DNA from: Thermoanaerobaculia bacterium
GTDB lineage: Bacteria > Acidobacteriota > Thermoanaerobaculia > UBA5066
Assembly (NCBI GenBank): GCA_038245905.1
Contig: JBBRRY010000011.1
Coordinates: forward strand, 1 to 64,000
DNA length: 64,000 nucleotides
Direction of reading: 5' to 3'
Positions 38,258 to 47,982 of this stretch are shown in pieces; the first letter of the stretch is position 1; each line of letters begins with the position of its first letter. The notes beneath the pieces are model-generated. The model searched no databases. It was not told the origin of the DNA and saw nothing but the letters and a program-made list of their open reading frames with translations. The position numbers and the translations under genes were made by a program.

Positions 38258-39147
38258 GCACGCCCGCGAGGCGCGCCGGTACGGTGGCCGTCGTCGGCCG
38301 CCCCAACGCCGGAAAGTCCACGCTCCTGAACGCCCTCGTCGGGACGAAAGTCGCGATCGTCTCCGACAAGCCGCAGACGACGCGGCGCCGGCTCCTCGGG
38401 ATTCGCACCGACAGAGAAGGCCAGATCGTGTTCGTCGACACACCGGGCCTTCACAAGCCGCTTCACCGCCTGAACAAGGCCATGATGAACGAAGCGCTCG
38501 AGGCGCTCCGCGAGGAGGACGTCCGGCTTCTCGTCGTGGACGTCTCGGTGCCGTCGGGCGGCGGAGACCGCTTCGCGCTGGACCTTCTCGCGCGCGCGGA
38601 GGGCCCCCGGGTCGCGGTCCTGAACAAGATCGACCAGGTCGGGAGGGCCGCTCTCCTTCCGCGGCTGGCGACGATCGCCGGCGCGGGGATCTTCGACGAC
38701 ATTGTCCCGGTCTCGGCGCGGACGGGCGAGGGGCTCGACCTGCTGCTCCCCGTTCTGAGGCGGCACCTTCCCGAGGGCGACGACCTTTTCCCGGCGGCCA
38801 CGGTGACGAACTCCGACACGAAGACGCGCGCCGCGGAGCTCATCCGCGAGAAGTTCCTCGAGAGGACACGGGAAGAGATCCCGTACGGACTTGGCGTCTT
38901 CGTGGAAGAGATCACGAGGGACGAGGCGAAGAACCTCACGGTGATCAAGGCAACGGTCGTCGTGGACCGGGACTCGCACAAGGGCATCGTGCTCGGGGCG
39001 GGGGGACGGCTTCTGCGGGAGGCCAGCACGGCGGCACGCCTCGAGCTCGAACAGGCGCTCGGCGGACGCTTTTATCTGGAGCTCCTCGTCGCGGCCCGGC
39101 CGGGCTGGCGCGAGGATCCCCGCTTTCTGGACACGCTCACGAGCTGA
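38254..39147 (+). CDS. era: GTPase Era
   Basis: GRPNAGKS, KPQTTR, DTPG, NKID, EEIPY, KH domain. Confidence 0.95.
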   Translation: MSTPARRAGTVAVVGRPNAGKSTLLNALVGTKVAIVSDKPQTTRRRLLGIRTDREGQIVFVDTPGLHKPLHRLNKAMMNEALEALREEDVRLLVVDVSVPSGGGDRFALDLLARAEGPRVAVLNKIDQVGRAALLPRLATIAGAGIFDDIVPVSARTGEGLDLLLPVLRRHLPEGDDLFPAATVTNSDTKTRAAELIREKFLERTREEIPYGLGVFVEEITRDEAKNLTVIKATVVVDRDSHKGIVLGAGGRLLREASTAARLELEQALGGRFYLELLVAARPGWREDPRFLDTLTS

Positions 39148-39204
39148 CGCGTTGACGGGAGTCGCTGATTCCGTAAACTAGACGGTCCGGAGCACGAGAG
39201 AAAC

Positions 39205-39576
39205 GTGGACAACGAGAAGAGGCGCACGCCCCGCACGCCCGTCGCGAAGGGAACGCGCGGGCAGCTCAAGTCGACGATTCCCGTGGAGATCCTGAACCTC
39301 TCGGAGATGGGGCTGCTCCTGGAGGTCGCCTCGACTCTGCGCCCGGGCTCGACCTACGACCTGAGCGCGATCCTCGGCGGAGTCCCGTTTTCGGGGCTCG
39401 TGCGGGTCACGCGCTGCCGCGCGGGAGGCTTCGCCGCCGACGCCGTGGGTGGCCGACTGCTCATTTACCGGGCCGGCGCCGAATTCGTGGGTCTTTCCGA
39501 GCAGCAGACGTCCGGCCTGCGCCGCGCGGTCTCGAAGAGGCTCGCCTCGGGCGCGTCGCTGAAGCACCTGTCCTGA
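39205..39576 (+). CDS. PilZ domain protein
   Basis: EKRRTPR (RxxxR) and NLSEMG (N/DxSxxG). Confidence 0.8.
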   Translation: MDNEKRRTPRTPVAKGTRGQLKSTIPVEILNLSEMGLLLEVASTLRPGSTYDLSAILGGVPFSGLVRVTRCRAGGFAADAVGGRLLIYRAGAEFVGLSEQQTSGLRRAVSKRLASGASLKHLS

Positions 39577-39582
39577 AGGCCG

Positions 39583-40917
39583 TCAGTCGGCGAGACCGCG
39601 GAAGGCCTGCCTCAGGGCGTCCTCCAGACGGCGCGCGCGATCGTTCGCCGCCGCCGCGGCGGACTCCGCATTCGAGGCGACGGCGCGGGCGGCGGCAACC
39701 TCGCTGCTGAGCCGGGCCATCTCGCCGGAGAGCTCCGCGCGGAGGGCCGCGACCGCTTCCTCCAGCCGGCGCTCGGCGACTCCATGCGCGGGAATCTCCT
39801 GCGTGTTCACTTCGAGAGCGTCCAGACGGCGGTACGCTCCGGACACGCGTCCGGCAGCCTTCCGCGCCTCGGCCAGGACGGCATTGAGCTTCTCGTCGAC
39901 GGTCGAGGCTCTCGAGACAGACGACGGCGCGTGCGTGATTCTGGGCGCAGGAGGCGGCTCTGGGGCCGCCGGCGCGGGAGGCGGAGCGGCAAGGGCTGCC
40001 AGGAGAACGGCCGGCGCGAGAATCGATGTCTCCGGGGAGGACCGTGCGGCCGCGGGCGGCTCCTCGATCGCGGACCTCTCCTCGGCGGCCGGAAGCGTCG
40101 AGGAGGGGTTTGCGTCATCCGAGAGGTCCGGGAACTCCCCTTCAGCGGACGGAACGACCCAGGCCTCGACGTCGTCTTCGGGTGGCGTTTCGAGAGGCTT
40201 TCCGACTGACTCCTCCGGGGTAATCGCGGCCGGGAGCTGCTCCGCCGCGGCCGGCGGCGTCTCGCCGGAAAACGCCGCGAACACCTCGGCCCGACGGACC
40301 GCGGGCGTTTCGGCCGACGGTTGCCAGCCACGCTGGAGGCGCCGGAGCAGGTCCACGAACGTGAGCTTCGAGACGAGCTTGAACGTCTCGATCACGCCCG
40401 ATCCCTCGGAGGCGACGGTCTCGACGTACGGATACGAATGGAACCCGAGCGAGTCCTGCAGCGCCTCCACCGAGAGCGCGCTCGGCAGATCGCGCTTGTT
40501 GTACTGGACGACGACCGGCAGGCTCTCGAGGGAGATCTCTTCCTCGTGGAGGTTCTCCTTGAGGTTCTGGAAGCATTCCAGGTTGTGAGACAGCATCGAC
40601 CATTGCGAGTCGACGACGAAGACGAGACCGTCCGCTCCGCGGAGGACGATCTTGCGGGTCTCGTTGTAGAAGACCTGTCCGGGAACGGTGCACACCTGGA
40701 AGCGAACCGTGTAGCCCTTGATGTTCCCGAGCTCGATGGGCAGCAGATCGAAATAAATTGTCCTGTCCTGCGCCGTCGAGAGCGACAGGAGCTTTCCGGC
40801 ACCGCGCTCGAGGCGCTGGTGGAGGATCTTGAGATTGCTGGTCTTTCCGCACAGACCGGGTCCGTAGTAGACGATCTTGGCCGTCAACTCCTTCGTGGCG
40901 TGGTTGAACAGGGCCAT
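39583..40917 (-). CDS. MglA-like small GTPase with a long C-terminal extension
   Basis: KIVYYGPGLCGKT, RTIYFD, TVPGQ, NKRD; then a Pro/Glu-rich linker and a coiled-coil-like tail. Confidence 0.85.
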   Translation of the reverse strand: MALFNHATKELTAKIVYYGPGLCGKTSNLKILHQRLERGAGKLLSLSTAQDRTIYFDLLPIELGNIKGYTVRFQVCTVPGQVFYNETRKIVLRGADGLVFVVDSQWSMLSHNLECFQNLKENLHEEEISLESLPVVVQYNKRDLPSALSVEALQDSLGFHSYPYVETVASEGSGVIETFKLVSKLTFVDLLRRLQRGWQPSAETPAVRRAEVFAAFSGETPPAAAEQLPAAITPEESVGKPLETPPEDDVEAWVVPSAEGEFPDLSDDANPSSTLPAAEERSAIEEPPAAARSSPETSILAPAVLLAALAAPPPAPAAPEPPPAPRITHAPSSVSRASTVDEKLNAVLAEARKAAGRVSGAYRRLDALEVNTQEIPAHGVAERRLEEAVAALRAELSGEMARLSSEVAAARAVASNAESAAAAANDRARRLEDALRQAFRGLAD

Positions 40918-40997
40918 GGGTCCCCTCCGCACTTTCCCGGTGTAGGACGGGAATTATAGGACGGCGGCATGGCGGCGGGGCAGCGTATCCTCCGCCC

Positions 40998-41849
40998 GTG
41001 AGTCCCGACGCTCGGGAGCGGCGCATCGAGGCCACGTGGGCGGGCCTCCCCGTCCGGGGAGTCTCGGTGGCGGGGCGCGAAACCTGGTTTCATCTGCCGA
41101 CGCTGCATCTCGCGTTCGACCTCGGGCGAGCGCCCACTGAGCTCGTCGCGGTCCCGAACATCTTCCTCTCGCACCCGCACCTCGACCACGGCGCCGGACT
41201 CGCGTACTGGTGCTCGCAGCGCCGGCTCCTGCGGCTTCCAGAGGGCGTCCTTCGCACGCATCCGGCGGGCGTGCCCGCCTGGACGCAGATTCTCGAGCTC
41301 CATCAGCGCCTCGAGGGCGTGCGGTACGACGTGCGCGTCGAAGCGATGGAGCCGGGCGCGCGCGCCTTTCTCCGGCGCGATCTCGAGGTCGAAGCTTTCG
41401 AGGCGGACCACCGCGTCCCGACCCTCGCGTTCGTCGCGTCCGAGATCCGGAACCGGCTCAGACCCGAGCTCGCCGGACGCTCATCCGAAGAAATCCGTGA
41501 CGCCGTGGCACGGGGCGAGGCGGTGGCGGGGAAGGTTCGGGTCCCGCTCGTCGCCTACTCGGGCGACACGGGGAGCGGAATCTTCTCCAACGCGCCGCGG
41601 TCGTTCTTCACGGCGAAAGTCCTGCTTCTCGAATGCTCCTTCGTCGAGGAACGCGACCGGGAGCGCTCGAAGGAGTGGAAGCACCTCCACCTCGACGAGA
41701 TCGCCGAGCGCGCGGACCTCTTCGAGAACGAGGTCGTCGTCCTCACGCACCTGACGCTGCGGACGAGTCCGGGCGACATCCGAAGTGCGATCGCCCGTCG
41801 CCTCCCGCAGCGTCTTGCCGAACGGACAGTGGCGTTCCTGCCGGCGTAG
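40998..41849 (+). CDS. Metallo-beta-lactamase-fold hydrolase, RNase Z-like
   Basis: FLSHPHLDH (HxHxDH), HRVP, YSGDT, ECSF, LTH. Confidence 0.8.
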   Translation: MSPDARERRIEATWAGLPVRGVSVAGRETWFHLPTLHLAFDLGRAPTELVAVPNIFLSHPHLDHGAGLAYWCSQRRLLRLPEGVLRTHPAGVPAWTQILELHQRLEGVRYDVRVEAMEPGARAFLRRDLEVEAFEADHRVPTLAFVASEIRNRLRPELAGRSSEEIRDAVARGEAVAGKVRVPLVAYSGDTGSGIFSNAPRSFFTAKVLLLECSFVEERDRERSKEWKHLHLDEIAERADLFENEVVVLTHLTLRTSPGDIRSAIARRLPQRLAERTVAFLPA

Positions 41850-41860
41850 GCCCGCTCGTT

Positions 41861-42331
41861 CTACTGCTTGTCGTACACGGCGGTGTTGTTTACCGCCACA
41901 CCCTTCGCGTTCTTTCCGGTCTGGGTGACGGTGAGGGACTTGCCGTCCGCCGCGACGACGACCTTCGCCGTCATGACGGTCTTTCCGCCCTTCTTCCACG
42001 GGTTCGTGTACGTGTTGTCGTCGACCTTCAACGGAGCCGCCATGTCAGCGTCCGGATTGCCGGCCCACGGGACGTCCTTGCCGTCGAACTTCGAGGTGTA
42101 GGAGCCTTTCCGCACCGACCCGTCCCCCATGACCCCCTCGCTCGAGAGCGTGGTCCCGGCCGGCGACGCCGTGAACATCAGCGTCTGGCTCTTCGGCCCC
42201 GGCCCCGGCGTGGACTTCGACTTTGCGACGTTCAGCTTCCAAGTGCCGATCCAGTTGTCGGCGGCGAGGGCCATGGAGCCCGAGAGGAACATCACGGAAC
42301 ACAGGGAACCAACGAGCAGACTCTTACGCAT
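41861..42331 (-). CDS. Secreted lipocalin-like hypothetical protein
   Basis: SD AAGGAGG; signal peptide; GTWKLNVAKS ... FDGKD ... VYDKQ. Confidence 0.75.
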   Translation of the reverse strand: MRKSLLVGSLCSVMFLSGSMALAADNWIGTWKLNVAKSKSTPGPGPKSQTLMFTASPAGTTLSSEGVMGDGSVRKGSYTSKFDGKDVPWAGNPDADMAAPLKVDDNTYTNPWKKGGKTVMTAKVVVAADGKSLTVTQTGKNAKGVAVNNTAVYDKQ

Positions 42332-42414
42332 GAGGCCTCCTTCTTTCGAATTTGTTGATTGTCGAGGGAGTGATCCTACGCCGCAACCTGACGGCATGGT
42401 ATGCAATATCGCGT

Positions 42415-42873
42415 TCAGGGGCCGGCGAGGCGCCCCCGGCTTGCAGCCCACTCTCCGAGCGCCTGCCGCCACTCCCATGCATGCCCGGGCGACAGCACGA
42501 ATTCCACGGGCTCGCCCCGGACGGGAGTGACACGGAGGATTTTGTTTCGGAGGAACCCTCTCTGCGCCTGCGTCCTCTCGTCTGTCTCGAGACGTCGGAT
42601 TTCTTCGAAGGTGAATGAGCCCGGAGCAGAGAGCAGGGCCTGCCAGGCGAGGCCCGCGGGCGTCAAGGCAACGGTCCCGGGCAGGAGCGCGCGCCCACGC
42701 CCATTCACGACCTGGCACGGCGTTCCAATCCGGACCACCCCTCCTAACCCTTTTAGGAAAATCTTCCGCCGGCGCCGAGCAACCAGCCTCGTCGCGAGGA
42801 CAAATGCCCCCGTGAGAAGCAAAACAATTCCAACAGTGACGCCCGCCGCGAGCAGCAGACTCGCCGCGCTCAA
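42415..42873 (-). CDS. Hypothetical single-TM protein
   Basis: TTG start overlaps the vWA gene stop (TTGA); hydrophobic N-terminus then RRRRK. Confidence 0.55.
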   Translation of the reverse strand: MSAASLLLAAGVTVGIVLLLTGAFVLATRLVARRRRKIFLKGLGGVVRIGTPCQVVNGRGRALLPGTVALTPAGLAWQALLSAPGSFTFEEIRRLETDERTQAQRGFLRNKILRVTPVRGEPVEFVLSPGHAWEWRQALGEWAASRGRLAGP

Positions 42874-43958
42874 CGGAAGAGCTTTTTCCGGTTCCGGATG
42901 TAGTCCCGGAACACGAACGACGCGAGGTCCGTCGGCGAGGCGTAGTACGCCCGGCCGCGCGCGACCTTCGTGAGCGTGTCGACGAAGTCCACGAGCGCGG
43001 GGTCCGTCGCGATCATGAACGTCGTGAGCTGGATGCCGTCGCGGCGGAGCTTTTCGGCCTCCTCGAGCGTGCGGTTCACGATCTTGAGGTCGAGGCCGAA
43101 CGGGTTCTTGTAGAGGCGCCCGCCCTCGTGGATGCACGAAGGCTTGCCGTCCGTGATCATGAAGATCTGCCGGTTGCGCGAGCGGCGCCGCATGAGGAGC
43201 TGCCGCGCCACGCCGAGCCCGGCCTTCGTGTTCGTGTGGAACGGCCCGACCTGGGCCTTGCTCAGCTCCTCAAGGGGGACGGGCTTCGCCTCGTCGCCGA
43301 AGAGCACGATGTCGATCGTGTCCTTCGGGTATTTCTGGAGGATGAGCTCCGTGAGGGCGAGGGCGACCTTCTTGGCCGGCGTGAAGCGATCCTCGCCGTA
43401 GAGGATCATCGAGTGGGAGATGTCGATCGCGATCGCGGTCGCGCAGGCGCTCTGGTGCTCCACGTCGAAGACCTCGAAGTCGGAGGGCGTGAGCGCGAGA
43501 TCGTCCGGATCGCGCCGGGCCGCGTTCGCGACGGTCCGCATCCCGTCGAGGCGCGCGATGTCGTCGCCGAACTCGTAAGGGCGCGTTTCGGGCAGCGTCT
43601 CGGCGCCCGTGCCGGCGCGCGGGATGGAGTGAAGTCCCGGGCCAGCCTTCTGGAGCGACGAGAAAATCTCCTCGAGCGCGTTCCGCCGGATGCGGCGCTC
43701 GCCGGAGCCCATGAGCGTCAGGTTGCCGTCGCCGTCGCGGCCCACGATGCCCTGCTTCTCGAGAGCGGCGCGGAACGCGTCGAGGTCGATGTTCTTTCCG
43801 ATTATTCCGCGGCGCTGCAGCTCCTGCATCCACTGCATCGCCTGCTCCACGTCGCCGCCGAGACGCGAGACGAGGTCCAGAAACAGCTTCAGGAGCTCTT
43901 CGTACGTCAGAAGCGACTGGAGGAGGTCGAGGGGCAGCTCGCCGTAGCGGTAGTCCAC
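42870..43958 (-). CDS. vWA domain protein (partner type of Mg-chelatase-like AAA ATPases)
   Basis: MIDAS DISHSM, TNTKAG, ITDGKP; RPYEFGD. Confidence 0.85.
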   Translation of the reverse strand: MDYRYGELPLDLLQSLLTYEELLKLFLDLVSRLGGDVEQAMQWMQELQRRGIIGKNIDLDAFRAALEKQGIVGRDGDGNLTLMGSGERRIRRNALEEIFSSLQKAGPGLHSIPRAGTGAETLPETRPYEFGDDIARLDGMRTVANAARRDPDDLALTPSDFEVFDVEHQSACATAIAIDISHSMILYGEDRFTPAKKVALALTELILQKYPKDTIDIVLFGDEAKPVPLEELSKAQVGPFHTNTKAGLGVARQLLMRRRSRNRQIFMITDGKPSCIHEGGRLYKNPFGLDLKIVNRTLEEAEKLRRDGIQLTTFMIATDPALVDFVDTLTKVARGRAYYASPTDLASFVFRDYIRNRKKLFR

Positions 43959-44009
43959 GCCGTCATGCTACGGCAGGACGCGCGGTCCCGGATGCTATCT
44001 TCGGCCGCG

Positions 44010-45563
44010 ATGGAGGAGCCGGCCCAGGACGTCCTTTCCCGCATGCGGGGCGACTGGGACCGGCGTGCCGAGGAGGATCACAAGCTCCACATCGCGACGG
44101 GTCACGCGGGCTCCGAGGAGACGTTCCGGGCGTCGGGCGCGCAGGATCTCGACGCGATCGTTCTCGACGGCATCGTCCTCGACCCGTCCGCGGAGATCCT
44201 CGAGATCGGGTGCGGCGTCGGCCGCCTCCTCGTCCCTCTCGCGGAGCGCGTCGCGGTCGCGCACGGCGTCGACATCTCGTCCGTGATGATTGGGAAGTCG
44301 AAGGAGTATTTCCGCGGCTCCGCGAACGTGAAGACCGCGCTCACGGACGGCACGTTCTCCCATCTGCCGGACGCCTCCCTCGACTTCGTCTTCTCTTTCA
44401 TCGTCTTCCAGCACATCCCCGAGCGCGCGCCCATCCGCCGCTACGTCGAAGAGGCCGCGCGCGTCCTGAAGCCGGGAGGCGTGTTCCGCTTTCAGGTGGA
44501 CGGCAGGTGGTGGTGGAAGCACGGGGAAGAAGGCCCCGGCACGTACGACGGCGTGAAGTTCTCGCCGGAGGATGTCTCGGCGCTGCTCGAAGGAACGCCT
44601 TTCGCGGTCGTCGACTCATGGGGGGCCGAGGGTCACTACCACTGGATCACGGCGCGGAAGGCGGGAGAGGGCGCGGCGGTTTCGGTCAACCCCCGGGGGT
44701 GGGATCTCCCGCTTCTCGAATCACTGCTCCGGCGTCTGCGCTCGTTTCGCCCGAAGAAGGCCGCCGCGACGATCCAGGGCGGCGCCGGGTCGCTGCGGCC
44801 TCATCTGCTCCGGCTCGTGAAACGGCTCTCCAAGGCTGATTCGTCGACGTTCGTCATCGAGGCGTATCGCGCTCTTCTCGGGAGCACGCTCGACGACGAG
44901 GGACGCGCGTTCCACGTCGCGATTCTCGAGAAGGGATTCGAAGACCGCGCGGCGCTCCTCGACACCGTCACGACCGCGCGAGGGTTTCTGGATCTCTACC
45001 GCCCGTTCGTGTCCGATGTCCCGTGGTACGCCGCATGCGAGATCTTCATGCGTCTCGGCGAGTCGCCGCGGACCGGGGAATTCTTCGAGCTGGTGAAAGC
45101 GGTGGCTTCCCGGCTCGAGGGGCTTTCTCCGCGCGCCGCGATTGCCTTCGGCTTCAGGACCATTCTGGGCTTCGAGGCCGACGAGGCGGCGTACCGCCAC
45201 CATCTGCCTCTCGTCGCGGAGCATCCCGACGGACACCGGCTTCTCATCCGGAATCTGCTCGCGAGTCGAAAGGACCCGGTTCCTCAGGCCGCAACAGTCC
45301 TGGGCCGTGCGCTGCTGCCGGGAGAATCGACGCCGGGCGAAGCGGCTCTAGCGGTGAAGATCCTGACCGAGGGCCTGGGTGTCACCGACGACCGCGCCTT
45401 CATCCGCCTTGCCTACGAACGGCTCTTCGGGCGCGCGGCCGACGCCGACGGAGAGGGCTTCTATCTCGGCAAGCTCGAGGAGCGGGAGCTTTCGCGCGCC
45501 GGCGTTCTCAGGGAGCTTCTCTGGAGCGACGAAGGACGCGCGCGACTCGAGCGCCTCGCATAG
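44010..45563 (+). CDS. Class I SAM-dependent methyltransferase with C-terminal DUF4214-like repeats
   Basis: LEIGCGVGR, GVDIS, DFVFS, LKPGG. Three repeats of type AYRxLLG/FGRxxDxEG. Confidence 0.8.
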   Translation: MEEPAQDVLSRMRGDWDRRAEEDHKLHIATGHAGSEETFRASGAQDLDAIVLDGIVLDPSAEILEIGCGVGRLLVPLAERVAVAHGVDISSVMIGKSKEYFRGSANVKTALTDGTFSHLPDASLDFVFSFIVFQHIPERAPIRRYVEEAARVLKPGGVFRFQVDGRWWWKHGEEGPGTYDGVKFSPEDVSALLEGTPFAVVDSWGAEGHYHWITARKAGEGAAVSVNPRGWDLPLLESLLRRLRSFRPKKAAATIQGGAGSLRPHLLRLVKRLSKADSSTFVIEAYRALLGSTLDDEGRAFHVAILEKGFEDRAALLDTVTTARGFLDLYRPFVSDVPWYAACEIFMRLGESPRTGEFFELVKAVASRLEGLSPRAAIAFGFRTILGFEADEAAYRHHLPLVAEHPDGHRLLIRNLLASRKDPVPQAATVLGRALLPGESTPGEAALAVKILTEGLGVTDDRAFIRLAYERLFGRAADADGEGFYLGKLEERELSRAGVLRELLWSDEGRARLERLA

Positions 45564-45616
45564 CGCCGCGACGCCCGTAGAATCGCGACGCATGCGCGCT
45601 CGCGGCATTTCTTGCG

Positions 45617-45997
45617 ATGGCCCTTCCGCCGGCACTCACTGCCTCGGCGAGACGCATCAAAATCGCGGGGCGTGGCTATCCGCTGGGCGCGGACGAATCC
45701 CTCGTAGGAATTCGCGGAGCCGACTACGTCGCCTCGATTCTGCGCATCCGAAAGGAACTTCCCGCCGACTCTGAATACCTTCTTCTCGCAGGCACGGACG
45801 GCGCCGATGTTTTCGTGCGGTTCGACCTCGCTCCCCGGCGCGCAATCTTCGGTGGGGAACCCAAAGACCTCGCTCACAACGTGACGGCCGCGAAACTCCC
45901 TGGGCTCCCTGAGTGGACGGTGATTCCAAGCCTGGTCGGGCCGGGCCCTCGTCTCGTCCGTACGCGCCTTCTTGCGGAAACGAAAGCGATCCCATGA
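45617..45997 (+). CDS. Small hypothetical protein coupled to the downstream GT-C gene
   Basis: Its stop overlaps the next ATG (ATGA). Homologous to the N-terminal half of 54556..55062 (YLL...VRxDLAPRR). Confidence 0.6.
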   Translation: MALPPALTASARRIKIAGRGYPLGADESLVGIRGADYVASILRIRKELPADSEYLLLAGTDGADVFVRFDLAPRRAIFGGEPKDLAHNVTAAKLPGLPEWTVIPSLVGPGPRLVRTRLLAETKAIP

Positions 45998-47958
45998 CGG
46001 TCGGCGCGCCCTTCGCGGCCGGTCTCGGTGGTGTGTTTCTGTTTCTCGCCGCGGGCCGCGGGCTCGTGGAGCTTCTTCCCGCTCTTCGGGAGCGTCCCCG
46101 CGCGGCGCGGCTCGGCTGGTCGTACCTCCTCGGCGTTGCGGCCGTGGCGGGCTCGACGTACCTTCTCGGAATCGCGTTCGACATTCGACTCAGACGCGCC
46201 GTACTGCTTGCACCCGTCGTCTGCCTCGTCGCGCTCGGCGTCGCCTCGAGGATTGTTCGGCGTCGAAGTGAAGCCCGCATCCACGCGTTCCATCCGCCGC
46301 GGGCCGGCGTTGTCGCGGCTCGAGTTGCTTTCGTGATTTCCGCGTGGATCGCCGTGGGCCTCTTCACGGAGGCCGTGACGCAGTCGAATCTGGGCTTTGA
46401 CGGCGAGATGACCTGGAGCGTGGTCGCGCGCTGGATCCGCGCCGAACGCAGCGTCACTCCGCGCGTCTTGTCGGATCCGCGCACGTTCGTATCGCACCCG
46501 CGCTATCCGATTCTCATGCCGATCGCGCAGGTAGTCGTGCAGGAGACGTTCGACACGAGCGACGACCGTCGTGCCGTCAAGCCTCTTTACGCCGCCTTCT
46601 TCCCGGCGCTGCTTCTCGTCCTTTTCGACGTTTCGCGCCGGCATGTCGGAACGTTCGCCGCCGCGCTCACCGTCGTTGCTTTCGCCACGGTGCCGGTGCT
46701 CGTCCTGTCAGACTTCGGCGGTGCGGATGGCACGTTCTCGGATGTTCCGCTGGGCGCATTTCTAGGCGGCGGATTCCTGCTTCTGCTCGGGCGCGTGCGC
46801 TGGTCGGAGGCAGTCGCTGCTGCGCTACTCCTCGGAAGCGCCGTGCTCACGAAGAACGAGGGGCTGCCCTTCGCCGCCGCCGCGCTCGTGGCAGTCGTGT
46901 TTCAGTCGCTCTTCGAGCGAGCGTACCGGCGTCGAACGCGCCTCGCCGCTCTCGGACTGGCCGCGGCCGCCGTGATCGCCGCGGGCCTGGCCCTCAGAGT
47001 TTGGCAAAGCCACATTCCACAGCGTTGGGACGAGGACTACGTGGGCCGGCTCGGCGAAGTGTCGCTCGCGGCGGAGGCCCGGGCTCGGCTTCCTCTCGTG
47101 CCGGCCGCGATCCTGAAAGAGATGGGGAACCCGGAGCATCTCGCCGGCATCGGCTTCGCCGGCGCGGTCATCCTCCTCGCGGGAGCCGGCGGCCTTCGAA
47201 GGAGAGTCGTTGGCCCGATCGTCCTGTGCGTCTATTTCTGTTTCGGAGCCTACGTTCTCGCGCTCCTCCTGACGACCTGGCCGGGAGTGGAGCAGGTTCA
47301 TCCCACGTGGTACCGGTTCTTGATGCAGGTCTCATTGCCCCTCGGAGTTCTGTTGGCGCTCGCCCTTCGAGAGGCATGGCGGGCACGACTCGCGTGGATG
47401 CGACCCGCGACGACGCCGATGTCGTCGATGCAGATCCGGAACGACCGGATATCCGGATTCGCCCCGCGCGCTGCCCTCGTTTTCCTGGGCTTCGCGTTGT
47501 CCCCCGTATTGCTCGTCCTGCTCCTCGCGCTGCACAAGCACGGCCTGGAAACGTCCTTGGCGTCGCCTGTGGCGGCGCGCGCTGTCGCCCCCGCTCCGAC
47601 CGCTTCCCCGTGGAGAGAGGATGCGTCACTGATTGGGGGCGTGGACGAGCCCTCGGAGGGCGCATCCGTTCGAGGCCGCCTTGTCGTTCGAGGCTGGGCA
47701 CGCATTCCGGGACAGGATCTCGAGGTCACCGCACTCGTGGACGGAAAAGAGCGGGTCCCTCTGGGGCTCCGCCGCTTTCGGCGACCCGACGTTCAAAGAG
47801 TCCTTCCCGCGCTTGGTGATTGCGGGTCGGCCGGCTACGAGCTCGCGTATCCCTACTTGGCTGATGACGATGGGCCGCACGATCTTCAGGTGATCTTCCG
47901 AACAACGGATGGAAGGGAGCGACATTACCCAGCGAGAAGATTCGTCTGGAATCCGTGA
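45994..47958 (+). CDS. GT-C/ArnT-like membrane glycosyltransferase with C-terminal Ig-like GW-RPDV domain
   Basis: About 13 TMs; loop GFDGEMTW..SHPRYP; TKNEG; C-terminal GGVDEP...GWARIPG...RPDV...RHYP. Confidence 0.7.
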   Translation: MTVGAPFAAGLGGVFLFLAAGRGLVELLPALRERPRAARLGWSYLLGVAAVAGSTYLLGIAFDIRLRRAVLLAPVVCLVALGVASRIVRRRSEARIHAFHPPRAGVVAARVAFVISAWIAVGLFTEAVTQSNLGFDGEMTWSVVARWIRAERSVTPRVLSDPRTFVSHPRYPILMPIAQVVVQETFDTSDDRRAVKPLYAAFFPALLLVLFDVSRRHVGTFAAALTVVAFATVPVLVLSDFGGADGTFSDVPLGAFLGGGFLLLLGRVRWSEAVAAALLLGSAVLTKNEGLPFAAAALVAVVFQSLFERAYRRRTRLAALGLAAAAVIAAGLALRVWQSHIPQRWDEDYVGRLGEVSLAAEARARLPLVPAAILKEMGNPEHLAGIGFAGAVILLAGAGGLRRRVVGPIVLCVYFCFGAYVLALLLTTWPGVEQVHPTWYRFLMQVSLPLGVLLALALREAWRARLAWMRPATTPMSSMQIRNDRISGFAPRAALVFLGFALSPVLLVLLLALHKHGLETSLASPVAARAVAPAPTASPWREDASLIGGVDEPSEGASVRGRLVVRGWARIPGQDLEVTALVDGKERVPLGLRRFRRPDVQRVLPALGDCGSAGYELAYPYLADDDGPHDLQVIFRTTDGRERHYPARRFVWNP

Positions 47959-47982
47959 GCGGATGATCAGGTTGCTGCGGGT

